NCBI GenBank assembly: GCA_964658305.1
Contig: OZ210885.1
Coordinates: 8,742,001 to 8,806,000, forward strand
Origin: Leptogorgia sarmentosa
Taxonomy: Eukaryota
Direction: 5' to 3'
Length of the DNA stretch: 64,000 nt
A program made the translations under genes and the position numbers. Positions 1-14,500 of this stretch are shown here, piece by piece. The stretch's first letter is position 1. Each line of letters begins with the position of its first letter. The notes under the pieces are model-generated. The model saw only the letters and a program-made list of their open reading frames with translations. It ran no database searches and was not told the DNA's origin.

Positions 1-509
1 GTCGCCCTCATTTGTGCCAGGAACTCCTAAGGTCATATCATCCGCAAATTTAATTAATCCGTTTCTTTGGTCAATTACTTTGATGTCGTACTTTAATTAA
101 AGCAATGCGATCGTTGCCGTGTAGTCAACTTGAAGTTACAGCTCTCACGTTGTAATCAGTCTTCGCGTTGCTTTGAAGACGTTATAATGCTTAGCTTAAC
201 ATTGCGTTGATAACAAAGCTGTTGATGCCACAATTTATGCTTGGTTTTTGTTCAGCACAAAAATTTGTTTCTTCGGAAAGCTCGTCGTCGATTTGGTCAC
301 TTTGTTGATCTTAAGGTCCCTAATCCTCTCCTACAAAATTGCTATGACACCATTTTTGAACTTATCCACAATGCAGTTGTCTTTCTATTAGGAATGACAG
401 AAAAGTCTGGTGATAGTTACATAGTTGATAAAATTAAAAAAAACTATATTGGTGCAGTGTAAAATAAACCACTGTATACACACGTCATATTTCGCGCAAA
501 TAAATAATT

Positions 510-700
510 AAGAAATAGATAACGAGTCGCGTGCCATTATGCTGTTATAACGCACGAGGGAAATGTTGGGAGAATACGAGAGAATCGCGTAAAACACGAG
601 GCGCAGCCGAGTGTTTTACGCGATTCTCGAGTATTCTCACAACATTGCCCGAGTGCAATTATAACAGCATAATGGAAAGCGAGGAGTTTTTCTATTTCTT
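510..700. repeat. Long imperfect palindrome (cap of a non-autonomous element)
   Basis: Arms include gagaatcgcgtaaaacac and gtgttttacgcgattctc around the loop gaggcgcagccgag. Confidence 0.75.
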
Positions 701-1470
701 TTATAATATAAGAGAATATTAGCGCAACAAATAACTTCGTTAGGAAGATCAAAATTACAATTCTCTTTACATGTAATCAAGCGTGTTCTCAAGTGTTGCC
801 AACCAGCAACACACTACTAAATATATTATAAATTTCAGTAAACTGTTCGTCATTGGAAAACAGCCATATGTGCATGTGGCTGTTTTACAATTAAACCCAT
901 ATTAATAGTATGTGGTTGGTGAAATTTACGATTTAATAAACGAATATCTAGCTAATTTGTTTCATCAAAACAGCAACAGACTACGTGTATAGGTTACTTG
1001 ACCGCTACTCTACCACTTTAGTTATCGAGCCAACAGGCACCGGTAGCGAGTCTTACCCAAGCGTTCAAGTTGGCTCGATACCTATATCTATGGACTTGCA
1101 CAACAAAGATGAGGGCATACTTTTACGAAATCCCAAGAAATAACGAATGAAAACACACGCCTGTGAAACACGCCACAGTAAATTCCGCAAATTTACAGTT
1201 ATTTTGTTTTTTGTCTTAAAAATCGTTTCGGTGTTTGTCTATCGCTTACATTGCTGTTTAAGTTGCTATGGGGACGTAATGGTAAAAATGAAAGTTAGCG
1301 GTGTAAGTAGAGTGTAGCTGATAGGTTAGTTATTGTAGTTACTTGTCTCAATCATTTATTTTGTCGCCGCAATGTTTTGAACAATACTCCCAGTGTAGAA
1401 GTGATATGAGTGAAAATGATCTATTACACCGGTACCTTTTTATGTACGTGCTATCTTATTTTATAAACAG

Positions 1471-1689
1471 GTAGAGAAGTTCAACAACTACAGGGACATT
1501 CTGACGTCGTTAGCTGTTTGGCTGTGTCACAAAGTGGAACAATACTAGCGTCAGGGTCGTGGGACGGCAGTACAATCCTTTGGAGAATGGACAGTTATGA
1601 ACAGCTTTTTGTGTTTCAAGGGGAGAGAGCAGTTAATGCCCTGGATTTCAGTGCAGATGATCAGCGAGTGTTTATTGGAAGAGGCGATG
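1471..1689 (+). CDS. WD40-repeat gene, first exon in window (gene continues upstream)
   Basis: aaacag acceptor, gtaagc donor, phase 1/1. Encodes REVQQLQGHSDVVSCLAVSQSGTILASGSWDGSTILW (GH...W WD40 repeat). Confidence 0.9.
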
Positions 1690-2950
1690 GTAAGCATCTT
1701 AAACACAAGTCAAACAAGGATATCAAAATATTGTTCAGAATAGGTAAACGAAAATCTGCATTAACGTTTTCTTGACTTCCGCTCTGCTTAAAAGTTTGTA
1801 TTAAAGTGCGCGAGTTTCGATAAGAAATAAGATTTCATGGAGAAACGATGCCATTGGAGAAAAAATTAAATCCTTTTCATACTATGTTTGTAAAATAGCT
1901 CCGCAAATGATCATATTTTCCTTTTCGGAAATATGTTACCCCGCCGGTACCAAATTCAATATTGGAATATGTTTTATTAAATTAAAATAATTATTTTTTC
2001 TTCAAATAAAAATACTTGAAAGTACGATCACAAAATGTTTGTTTTACGTTGCAAATTCAATGCCGTAAATCTTCAGTGTCGGTCCTCGGTTGAACTGTTG
2101 CGGATGGCCTCTTTATTATACCTCTTAGCTTCACATTTTTGCTATGCTAACTCTACGAAATATTCTCCTGAATTTTGCATATTATTTGCATTTGAATTCT
2201 GCTATTTCTTATAGAACATATTATAGCTATTTAACATCTCTACTGCATCAATTATACCCAAAAGGCACAAACGTTTCGTAAAAAGAAGCACACTAAAATA
2301 AGTTTCTATAAAGCAGAAACAATGACAACAGTAAAAGATCGACTGTAATATACAACAATTAATATACTGTCAACGTCCAAGCACAATTTAAAAGGCAACA
2401 AAATTGTTTCAGCTACTGAATGATATCAAACGTTTTGGTAAACTTCGAACGTTTTTGCATCTTCAGTTTCAATAAAAATTATTTGAATTTCACATTAGCC
2501 AAGACGCTGAAGAAACTTCTTCCCAGGGCCCCCAGCCAGGTTGGACCCCTAATAGTCACCCCACTGTGTACATTAGCTACATCGCTGCTTACTAACAAAT
2601 TTGGCTTCACATTTAAAAAAAAGAATGTTTATGAAGCAGATTGATGCATATCGTTTCAATTCATGGGTTTCACGGTAACATTCCATATTTGAGTGGGAGT
2701 CAACTCTAAATAGCGACGCAGTCATCACAGTGAGTTAAATATTCACTGTATGTATTCAACTTGTGCTTTGTAGCGAATATGTGAAATTCGGAAGCATTTC
2801 CTCAGTTTCGTGCAGCATAATCGTTAATACATTTTAGATTGACTCCCACTCAATTTCTTACGAAAAGTACTCTTTCTCTCCAACACCATATTAATTTAGA
2901 GCGAATTCGTCCTATGACTATAATTGGCTGCCGTATCTCTGGTTTTACGT

Positions 2951-3541
2951 TGTCGCCAAAAACATGGCGGATTTTAGCCAAATTTACGTCATTATGACGT
3001 AGTAAGTCCCCTAGTACAGGGGACTAACCACTGACAAAATAACATTGCCGAAAGTGAGCAGTTTTCTCACCCCCCTGTCTGAAAATAAAATACTAAAATA
3101 CCAGCTAACACGTCACGTCAAAGTTTTAAATTCAAAACAATATTTCGTTGAATTTTGTTGATTATCAACATGCCGCGTTTTTGCTATGTTTACGGATGTC
3201 ACAACTCATTTGACAACAAAGAACTGTCGTCACACTGATAAGGAAATTTTATTTTATGCTTATACATCGTTCGAGACGTTTTTCTCCTAAGACGGACCGG
3301 TTTTGTTAAAGGTTTAATGTGAACCTCGACGCGCCATATTTATATGTAAGAGAATTTTAATACTTTATCTCAATTCTTTGAAAAAATATCAAAACAGCAC
3401 TGCAGTATATATATTTATATATAAAATCGTACAGTAAAATCCAGGGGGAGGTTGGAAACGGCGCCTGCACACACTTCAACTGTGGTCAGTTATACCATCA
3501 TGAGAATTGGGGACGTTAAATCCGCCATGTTTTTGGCGACA
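2951..3541. mobile_element. Non-autonomous DNA transposon core with 24-bp inverted repeats and a THAP N-terminal fragment
   Basis: tgtcgccaaaaacatggcggattt / aaatccgccatgtttttggcgaca. True termini probably lie further out. Confidence 0.6.
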
Positions 3542-4645
3542 CCTTTCAGTGGAGTGCCTGATCTCCAGATTAATAATATAGCTCAATAGAATTTCCTAAA
3601 GGGGGCAAATTTCCTAGGAATTTCGCGCCCCGAGAGGGCGAGGGGTTGGGGAAGAAATTATGGGGAGGGCGAAATTCCTGGGACACTGTCGTGTTTTTTT
3701 TTTGTCGCGTGCGAACAAACCAGAAGTGACTTTATCCAAGACTGAAAAACATACGAATAACGCACCCTATGTAAACAAAGGCATGTTTTCCACGTGTTTC
3801 AGACTATTGCGCAACCTGATTTATCCTGTTTTAGGAAATGCCGTGCGCGTGCGGAAATTTCCGACAATTACAAAAAAGCTTGTAGAAATGTTATTATATG
3901 TGCAAATAACACGAAATATTCAAATTAAAAAGAAAATAACACAGGAGAAGGAGGAGAAATAAGGACATGGATTTCAACATATTGGACTCTGTTTTTCTCA
4001 GATAGATGCTAATGCCTTACGTTTCCGACGATCAATCTATATATTTTTGTGTGTGTTGTGTTTTAACCACCATGCGACCCACCAGTATAAATGAAAGATC
4101 ATTTTATTAGGATTTCAAGGAACTTGTCTTTATTTCGTGCGGTATATACGCAGTGAAAAAAAAAAGAATTAAAAATTTGTATTTCAACTTCCGGAAACGT
4201 GTTGGAGAGAAAGAGAGCTCGTTTGTAATCCGTCCTACATTTTCAACCATCTTATCTGAATTCGTACCTGTAACCTGTTGTACATTATCGACTGCATTTG
4301 GAAACGAACTATATTTTCATTATTTTGAAGCGAAGCCCAACTGCCATTACATGGTCCTTGCTTACAGTTTTTTCGCGATCTGTAACCCAGTCTTAACAAC
4401 AGTACCACTGGTATGGATGCCCTGTAGCATGCATACAATTTGACAACAATGTAGCCATGGTATAGGGTGGGTTTATGAAATTTACAAACGAGCGCAGTGA
4501 AACGCAGTGTAAAAACATAAGCCAGCAACAGCCAGAGCATGTTCAGCGCCGGAGAGGGACAGAATTAAAAACAAGATTTCACAAAATCGTCTAGGGTTAG
4601 ACAATATTGAAACATCAGTCTGACGAGTATCCATCATCGTTGTAG

Positions 4646-4864
4646 GGCTGGAAGTGTATTGTGTATCTACCGGAGAAAACCTCTCAACAAGTATTCGTGG
4701 GGGAGTCATGTCGCTGTGTACGACCAAAGATGGACAGTTCATTGCTACTGTTGGATATGATGACAAGACTGACAAGACTATCAAGTTGTTGAAAGCCAAT
4801 ACACTAAATTTTGAGGCCAGTTTGGTTGGCCATACACGTCAGGTGACATGTGTTGTCGCAACAG
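4646..4864 (+). CDS. WD40-repeat gene exon 2
   Basis: ttgtag acceptor, gtatgc donor, phase 1/1. Encodes LEVYCVSTGE...LVGHTRQVTCVVAT. Confidence 0.88.
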
Positions 4865-6830
4865 GTATGCAATACTGTATGAGTTAATATTTCATAACAT
4901 TTTGAAGATCTTACTTCAATAGAGTCTCTTCAGAATTATATTTGTCATTTCATTCGGATAAAACATATTCTTTATTATAAACTTCCTTAATGGTTCAATA
5001 AAGCAATGATTAGAGGGGAATATCATGTTTTGGAATAAATGTTACCAATTATTGCGCAAAAATACCTGCTTGCAACAGCATTCTAATATTGTAATTAAAA
5101 ATTATGCCTAGAAAGAAAGCAATGTCTTTCCTTAATTGTTAGTATGGTGGTAACCAGTGCTTTCATGTACAAGCACTATATTAGGACTTTAATTCTGATT
5201 TCTTTCAAATTTTTAGGCTGGTTGTATTTGTATATGCTAAGAGTATTTTAAAATGACCATTAGATTTATCTATGCTAGCTTTCTAAAAATACTTTGAGAC
5301 AATTTGCTTGTGTGTATATTTCAACTGATTACCCTGTGTCCCAGACCTTAATGTATAAATTGTAATACTGTACTAGTAGATTCAAGTGACGGATGAAAGC
5401 CAACATGAATGAATGTTTTTTATAAAGTAATATTGTCAGTTTTAGTACTGTCCATTGCCAAGATATATAGCCAGGTGTCGTTTGACTTACCTTGTCCATG
5501 TTCACCTCAGACCCTTTTATTCCAACAGACAAAATTGATATATTTTGACCTGTTTTATAATTGTTGTGATAACTGTTTTATAATTTTACATTGTGCTGTA
5601 CTGTTAGAACTTGGTAGTTTAATTGCTTGAATAAATGTGATAATAATTTAATTTAATCAGTCAATTATCACAGCTACTCATTGACATGAAAGAGCAGTTA
5701 GGCAACAGTTAAAAGCAATTAAACACAGTTATGTTCCCAAACATAAATATGAATACATGTGCAAACCAATAATCATGAAATGCAGCAATGAAAATTTCCC
5801 ATGCATTGCGGTACGTGCTACAGTGTACGTACTGGTCAGAAATGTTACACTCTGGTTTGAGTAATTGCACCGACGCAGAGTTCTTACGAGCTTTCATTAG
5901 ACTTTTCCTTAACTTTACAGTACATAGTATTGATATAGGTTGAAATAGCAATTATAAATTTGGGTACTCTAATCTTTCCTCAGGAAAAAACGTTTTAGAC
6001 TTTTCAGAAGTTTAATTTTGTTTTAACACTTATATTATCATAAAATTAGGAAATAACTTCAACAAACCTTTAGAACTTTGCGGGCCAAATTAAACGTTGA
6101 TTACGACTGCGTATTTCCTATTTATTTTTAATAAACGAGAAAGAAGTTTATTTTGTATAAAATCCAATTAAACACGTATTACGAAATTAACTCTTCGATC
6201 AGCTTGAAGAAAGACTACCGTATTTCCTCTATTTAGCCCCTTGGGGGATATTTATGTTTGCCTGCTTTCAGGTGAGCGGTTATCTGAAGAGGGGACTAAG
6301 TAGATGGTGGGGGCTTAATAAATTTTCACCCAAATTTGGTACCGTAAACATATTAATTCACACAACACATCCAGAATATCAATTAACTTCATTACGCGTT
6401 CATATTTAAAAAATAAAGCAACGAAAGTCTTTTTCCATAAATGTTTTACTTGATTCTCAGCCGAATTAAACCAAAATGTAATCATCTCTTCCTTGTGCAA
6501 TGCCAAACAATTGTGCAAGATGTTCGATATTTCTCAAGTTATCGTGTTCACAGACCAACACACAAACACAGACACACACACCATACAGACAAACCAAGAC
6601 GATTACATAACCTCCTTGCGGAGGTAATAAGCTTTAACATAATATGCAAGAACAATTATGTTACTTTGCACAATTTATCCGTGATTATGAATATTGTACG
6701 TGCCAGACGCTTCGGCCATATTTTGAGTGTATCAAGTTTATCCTGACACATTGGATTTTCGTTTTTACGTAAATTTCTCCTCAATATCCTAACGGTATTA
6801 ACAAAATCAACTTTCTGTATATGGACCACG

Positions 6831-8141
6831 CAGGGCCGTAGCTAAACATTTATAGTTGGGGGGGTGTAGGCCAAAAATTTCCGAATGACAAAAAAATTTT
6901 CCGAATATTTCATGGCATACCGAAGCCACGAATGTGTTTACTATCCGGACGAAGCAATAAATTATATAGATATTAATAAAAGCCGTTTTTTATTAGTCAC
7001 ACCCAGAATACCAATCTATCATAATCCGAGAGGCCACAGAAGCATTTAGATTGTGTAGTGGCACTGTGGCATTGACGAAAGGGAAACTTTTGTATATGAC
7101 CAAAATGAAATTTTATATGGCCCAGAAAACTGTAGCCCAGAAAAAAGGCCCTTTATAATTTTTTACTTTAAAAAGGGGGGGCACATGCCCCTATTGCCCC
7201 CATGATGAAGTAAAAATGTAATAAGTTTCACAACAATGCCATAATGGCTATTGTTTATTGCGGCAGCAATTGTATATGTTCACTTTTAAATGTTTCCACC
7301 AGGGGCGTAGGAACGGTTTGGAGATTGGGGGGGCCGAGTCAGAATTTAGAGCCTCTAGATCGCCGGAAACGGCCATTTCAGAGTGTTAACCAAAGCCTTA
7401 ACACTCAGAATAGAGTCTAGAGGTCTTAGATGTTGTACAACCACAGCTTGCGAACTAATCGCACAGTTTGCAAACAAAATACACCAGCTGGTCCAGCTCT
7501 TAATGGGGGGGGGGGGGGGGGCGAAAGCTATCTCGGCCCCCCCTTATAATTTTTTGGGATGGCCGCGGACCCCCCGCTTCCTACGCCCCTGGTTTCCACG
7601 TAATGAAAACGCCATTCATGCAGACATGACAAATGTCACAAATTTATTCTTCGGTTAGTTTTCATAAACCATTTATCAACTAGCATGTCTATGTCCACAC
7701 TGTCAGTAATATCTTTTTCGCTGGTTAAATGCTACAATTTACGTTATTATCCATACGTGCACAGATAAAAATTACCAGATTTAAAGTTTCTAAGGGTTTT
7801 TTGAGAGAATTAAGTCAATTATTGACCAAATACAAACATTAAAAATAAAATACGCATATCTTACGCATAGACATATTACAGAGGTAACAAACCGAAAAAG
7901 ATCTACCGATTTACGATTTTTAAATTGTTATCCATGTAAATGCCATGATTTTGTAAATCAGTTTATACTGACTCTTTCTGTAATATTTTCTCTGTTTAAA
8001 AATTAAAATTTCGTTATACTTTTTTTTCTGTAATTTTCCGAATGGCCAACCCGATTTTCCGAATATGTTAATTCTAGAAAAGTTGGGGGGGGGGGGGGGG
8101 GTTAGTCACCTCGCAATACCCCCCCCCCCGCTACGGCCCTG
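6831..8141. mobile_element. hAT-type MITE
   Basis: TIRs cagggccgtagc / gctacggccctg with a perfect 8-bp TSD GGACCACG. Confidence 0.88.
7300..7591. mobile_element. hAT-type MITE nested in the previous element
   Basis: TIRs caggggcgtagga / tcctacgcccctg with an 8-bp TSD GTTTCCAC. Confidence 0.88.
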
Positions 8142-8299
8142 GGACCACGGCAGAATCCATTGCCTGGACTTGCAGAATGCATATATGAAAATCTCTCCTG
8201 TCAACGAACGAGTTATTGAATATATTTAGGATATCATGTACTTTGCTTTCCCTTGTTTTTTTGTGCCAGTTCGACTAAAGTGCGAAGTTTCTCGTTTAG

Positions 8300-8540
8300 A
8301 TTCAGGAAAAAACAATCCAATGCTTGTGTCTGCTTCATTCGATGAGACAATAAAAATTTGGGATTTAAAAACGTATCAGGATATTCGTACTCTTGACGTT
8401 CAATCTTATGTTACCAGTATTGCTGTGAGCGGTGATAAAAAGTATATTATCTCTGGAGACGTTAAAGGTTGTGTGAGGTTGTGGTGTTTCCACACTGGGA
8501 AGTCCCTTTCCTGTTATGAAGGTCATATCAGGGACATCAG
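8300..8540 (+). CDS. WD40-repeat gene exon 3
   Basis: tttag acceptor (an alternative in-phase AG ends at 8305), gtgggt donor, phase 1/2. Encodes LVSASFDETIKIWDLK...YEGHIRDI. Confidence 0.9.
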
Positions 8541-9082
8541 GTGGGTTCACTCTAGGAACTATCTCATTTACCGCTATTTTCTCGAAAGGATCGTTATATG
8601 GCAAGGCAACAACGAAGAGCCAATATATAACATTAAGCTTAAGGCGCCCCATATTCTGTCTTATCCATTGTATACATTTAATACAATATTTCACAGTCAG
8701 ACTAATGCGTACTGCTTCTTGAAATCGGTTTTTGATTACTTGAAAAGATAGCGAGCATGAACTCCATGAAATTAATTTTCAGTCCACTTTTTCACAACGA
8801 TTGGCGAAAGATTTTGTTCATCTTGACTAAAATTTAGTCAGAAGCGTATGACATCCAATGCAACATAATTTTGCCTGTTGTACATCTATCATTACTCTAT
8901 CTTGTATTGTTGCTTTCTTTATAATCTGTAGTACTGAACTACACAATATGTCTATAGGGCTCCCATTGTTAACAGTAATTTTTATTACTGACGAGACTTT
9001 TATTACTGACAGAGATCGTCTTTGCCTTTTTTCGGTAGAAAAAATTATTATTATATTTAAACAATCAACTTGTAATATTTAG

Positions 9083-9315
9083 AGGTGTTGCAATAATTCC
9101 CAATGTGAAGAAGGTATTGACAGCGTCATTCGATGAAAGTATCAGGGTTTGGAACCTGGGAACTGCTGCGTACACGGAACAAAACAGTCTCTCCAATCAT
9201 TCAAATGACGTCACAGATATTACAATGTCTCGTGCTGACTGTAAATGGGTTTCAGCATCTGAAGATGGTACTTTCAAAGTTTGGAATCTTCACACACAGT
9301 GCTTTTCTGTCACAG
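9083..9315 (+). CDS. WD40-repeat gene exon 4
   Basis: tttag acceptor, gtatag donor, phase 2/1. Encodes VLTASFDESIRVWNL...SASEDGTFKVWNL. Confidence 0.9.
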
Positions 9316-10084
9316 GTATAGTTCAAATTGTACTAATTGTCTATTTGGGCCAGCTTTCTTATAAATAGGTTGCGGACGATCTCGTTTTCATTTCATTTCA
9401 CTAAATTAATTTTCATTTTACTAAATTCATATGAACCTAGCCTCAACCTTGTTAATTTTTGTGCTTCAAGTACTGTACCATGTTAAAAAACTACTATTTT
9501 TACGTAGAACAAAATTACCTGGAAATTAAAATCTTGTAGATACTCGTGTATAATAAGCAAATCGGAATAGTTAATGAGAAACGTTCTTGTCTGCGCAACG
9601 CTCTGCACTGATATGAAGACAGAAAACCGGTGGTTAAGCACATTTGAATGGATAGCAGTCTTTCGTAGATTAATTAGGCCTACGTTAATTGCCTTTTGAT
9701 TTGTATTCCCTAAGATAATTGCATGTAAAGAAAAGAATTACTTTGGTATTCTTATAACCAATCATAATTACAAAACTTTCAACTAGTTTCATGCAGAATG
9801 ACGATATAAACCTCCTTGAAAACAAAACAATAAGCTAAGATATTTTATATTTTGATGTTTCGCTCGTGTTGTGTCTGTCATTGTCGTCTCTGTGTGCTTC
9901 AAATATTCCATATCTCTGCACTATTCCTTGTATTCATATAATAAACAAATTACTTCATGCGCAGTTGACTCGTTTGCTCAAATTTTATTATTTGCGAGTC
10001 GTACGGTACACATCTCTATTTACATCATTGACGAAAGGGAAATGTTTTATGAGATTTGGCGACTGTCTAAGATGGAAAGACAAT

Positions 10085-10250
10085 ATAGAGATTGGCGGCT
10101 ACTCCATGGTTGGAGAGTGCGTACGATTTTTATTTACCAATTGTGATGGATCGCTAAGTAAACGAGTGAGCGCAGTGAACGAGTGAGCTTAGCGATCACA
10201 ACGAGTAAATTATAGCGGTACAAACGAGCAACTGTGAAGTTATTTGTTTA
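10085..10250. repeat. Degenerate hairpin-cap repeat
   Basis: gatcgctaag...cttagcgatc arms around gagcgcagtgaacgag. Confidence 0.5.
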
Positions 10251-10954
10251 TTACAGGAGTATAAAGAAGAGTGTAGAGATACGGAATATTTGATACTGAA
10301 AGGCAACAATGACAAACACAACGCAAGCAAAATATCAAGATATAAAATTTCTCACCACTAATGGCTAAGGTGATTTTATGCCTTGAACAGTGGATAGTTG
10401 CACACTCATTTCTCTTCTGGTTTGAAATATGTCGATAAGAAGTCTTGAAAAGGATTTAACGTGAAGTACGGGGTTCCACATAAAGCGTATCACGGTTGTT
10501 GTGCAGTTTCAGCGTGCGTTTCAGGTCCATTCTTTTGATAGTTTATGGTAGAATAAGGTTCAATATGCGACCCGTGAAGGTTCCGGATATAATAACATCA
10601 ACAAGCAACAAAAGTTCTACTTATACAGTTCTATATAATTATAGTTCTATATTCTTATAAAAGTTCTATTAAATATACTACCTAGTAAACGTTAGAAAAC
10701 AAATTCACTGCCTATCGTTCAGTAGGTGAGTTGCAATTTTGCTGCTTGTTAAAGTATCAAATTATATTAGATACAGTATTTAATCCACTCCTCAAGACTT
10801 TTTCTTTTCATTGTATTTAAATTCTTAAATTGCAAAGATTTTTACATTAATTTTAATAACGCGTCCCACCTGATCATTTGTGACTGTTACAGAAAATATC
10901 CTTTTAATGTTTCTTCAATTTCTGAATAGATTATTTTTCCTTCCTGATCAATAG

Positions 10955-11064
10955 GTGACCTTAAATGGGCAGCACATGTTGCAGTCTCTGCTGATGATCG
11001 CTATGTCGTGTCGCTGTCAAAGGATGGGAATATCTTCAAGGTCTCGACGAAGTCCTCGATAAAG
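10955..11064 (+). CDS. WD40-repeat gene exon 5 (3' end either 11040 or 11064)
   Basis: Not in the ORF track. Polypyrimidine tract plus caatag acceptor. Encodes DLKWAAHVAVSADDRYVVSLSKDGNIFK(VSTKSSIK). Both GT donors are phase 0 and join to VWNL. Confidence 0.75.
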
Positions 11065-11542
11065 GTGTAGTACACAAGACTACTAGTCATACTGTGCATA
11101 TAAAAATACAAAACAATAGAAACATCCAAACACAAGAAATTTCTTGAATTGTTTGTTCCACGTTTCGACTCGGTGTATTCATTATTAGGAATGTATACAA
11201 TTTTTACAAAACATGGGTACATATACTTGTGAAATGCATTAATAATTCATGAAGAAAACAAAGAGGAAATCATCAGCGTGCAGGTGTCAGTATATGTAAT
11301 ACGCAGATTTCGGTTGACTGGCATAAACTATAAGTCTATAACTTTGATTTTCTGATGCTATATGGCTATATCAGATGTGTTTTTAAAATTAAAGAAGGTT
11401 TGTATCAGACCCTAAAAATCGAAGGTATGGACTGGAAACTCTAGCTTAAATTGCGCGGCATCCGCGTCTTGCACTTTGTTTGGAAACCTTTAACTTAACA
11501 TTTAATCCATTCCAGGACTTCGTACTGACATATTTTAAACCA

Positions 11543-14500
11543 CACTGTAAAACTGGGGGAGAAAAATTACTCTATAAAGTGGGGTAACTTTCATGTCCAA
11601 TGAATGCCCCGGGTTTTGAGAGTAATTTTGCGCAAAGAGTAATTTTTACCCCCCTATGAAAAGGGTAATTTTTACCCCCAAATGAAATGGGGTAATTTTT
11701 ACCCGCATAAAAATTGGGGTAAGTTTTATTCTCTTACCAAATGAGGTAAATTTTACACTTCTACCAAAGATGAGTAATTTTTACTCCTCGTACACCACGG
11801 GGCAATATTTTACTACAATTTGAATTGAAGTAATTTCGGCAGGAACCTGCATAATGATACATCGAACTTCACTTGTAGCACTCCGATTTTATTATTGTAA
11901 TACACAATACACACATCTATATGGCGGATCAATTTATTATAGTATTTTAAAATCTATTTAAAATTAACAACAAACATAAAAGGTTATTCGAGCCCGCAAA
12001 TTTGATATTTTGCATTGTCTTTCCATTCTTGAGGACAGGAGATTTTGGAATAGTAACGCCAACTCCGCTCTTGATGACCTTTTCTCGCGCAATTTCTCCT
12101 CTTGCTCCAAGAAACAACCTGCTCAGTGTGTCTGGTCAGTCGGGATTATCCTAAAATGTTGAATGCATGACAACAGCTCTTAAGTTGAACAACTTGTACC
12201 AATTGAGTGTGGAACTTGAGCAAAAAAATCAAAGTTAACATTCAACATTCAGGTATATTCATACATGCATCTCATAATTTCAAAACTCGCTTCGTAAATA
12301 GGTAGACGTTTATGTGCAGATTGCTCATACAACTTTCAAACTAGCTAAATTATTTGTGTTGATTTCCTACCCATTACGTGTAGAATATTTCATCGATTTC
12401 ATATTTTGAAGCCCAATTTTATTCCAGCGAGGAATTCATACATCATATTTGTTTTCTTTTTGGCATGCAAGCAGAACCTATGAGGAATTAAAATTGCAAC
12501 CTTCGCAAGGCGTGACGCCTCAACGTTCTGTTTCAGGTCGAGACAACCCGAAACTTCAGCACGGCGCAAAATTCATTCCTAGTAGATATGCATTCAGTGC
12601 ATGCTAGTTAAATTAGAATTGTTCTCATTAAATTTAAACTTCTCCACTTCGCAAGGCGTGCCGCCTCAACGTTCTGTTTCAAGTCGTGCCAACTCAAAAC
12701 TTCAGCGCGTGAAGAGTTATTTCAATTCATATTCAAACAATCTGCGACCAAAAGAATTTCAAATTTTTATGAGATACACTACACAAAATGGTTAGGGCTG
12801 TGTAATGAGCTATATCATGTTTGCATGTATTATTTACAGAATAAGAGCGTGGCCATTATGTCACAAAAAACAGTAAGTTGGGTCTGTTCTTAATGAACAC
12901 ATCATCTTAATAGTTCCATATCGAGGTTCATAATAAAGTGATGCGTGTGTAGTTTACACGACTAGGCATGCATACTGAAACATGAATCACGCCACACAAT
13001 CACCGCATAAGATTTAAAAAACAGGTATACAAGTTCTAAAAAATTTTACATGACTTTTACATGAGCAAAAGCATTTAACAAAACTGTTGATTTTGAAGAG
13101 TTTCAACATACAGAATTACACACACAATTTAATAGCACCTAATGCTGTTATTGATCAAACCCGCATTTTTTGCATTCCAACAACGGAAATGAACCTTAAC
13201 CTTGATCAGTTTGTGGCAACAACACGCAATATTTGACCGTGGAATTCAGCAATATATAGAGTATAATAAACTTTAAAAACTTTTAAGATTTCATAGCAAC
13301 TATATATACTACAATGTAAGAGTCAGCCGGAATGTAATAAGCCATGCATATAATTATGTAAATATAATTGATACTTGACGAAGAGTGAAGAGATTTGGCT
13401 AGGTGTTGCCACCGAATTTATTGCTTATGTTTATGTTAGCGCGCCGACATACATAAACCATCGGATTCAGTGCGCATTGGCGGCGATAAGTTCGTTCATA
13501 AAAGTACAACTTACAAATCACGCAGGAATTATACAATGTTAATCAACGCACATATATTGTTGAATTGAATATAATCAATATATTATATTGATCTACTCAG
13601 AGTCAGATTTCGCGACAGCGACGCTTGTATGTATAAACATGCAGTGTATCAAACAAATAAGAAGCGCTTACCTGTGAAACGCGTTGATGTTATACAAACC
13701 CAACACTGCTTTGATCACGAACGAAGATGAAGCGCGAAAGAGGAGAAGCCTGATTGTTTCGTTATTTTACCATCGTAATTCAGCGCCAAAAATGCGCATT
13801 GACTGATTGGTAGATTTGAAACACGTGGACACAGAAGAGTTAATCATTGTGTCACGACTTGATAAATTTACAAACATTTGTTTCTATTGCTGTCAGATTA
13901 AATTTGATATGTGGACAAATGCGCAACATGCAAGACTACAAATTTAGAATTACATTTTGAAATATTGTAAGGCCTTTGCGCGCACGTAATACAAAAGTAT
14001 ACAAAATCCGCAAAATTTCCATGACTGTATATTCTAGGCATATTGTGAAATATTTTGCAACCAAACTTCACAGCAGACCTTTCCGAGCAAATGTGCTGCT
14101 CTGTGTACAAATACTACGTCTATTCAAAGTAATAATCACTGTATGAGAATTATAAAACTATTTGTCCTTTCAGCTTCACTTTTTAACATTTATATGTGAG
14201 GCGCAATAATATAGCTTCATTCACATTTCATAACAATGGCAAAAGCTACACATTGAATACACGGCGGGGAAAGAAACGTAGCGCGCTTTCGTCGATAAAG
14301 ACGGTAATTAAACACTTCAAAAATAATGAATAATGTCGTTCGGCTTACCTTGTTATTTGCAAAGAATGGACCGTTTATTCAACATCATTAGTAAATGATA
14401 AATGTTGGATAATAGCTTGCGAAATTTCAGTATTGCCAGCGCAGAAATAGCTTAGAAATCTCGGCGCTCCTTATTGTCCCCGCCATCTTGAAAAATTGGG

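Noticed and set aside
531..752. Overlapping ORFs on both strands with similar peptides
   Set aside because: Artefact of the palindrome.
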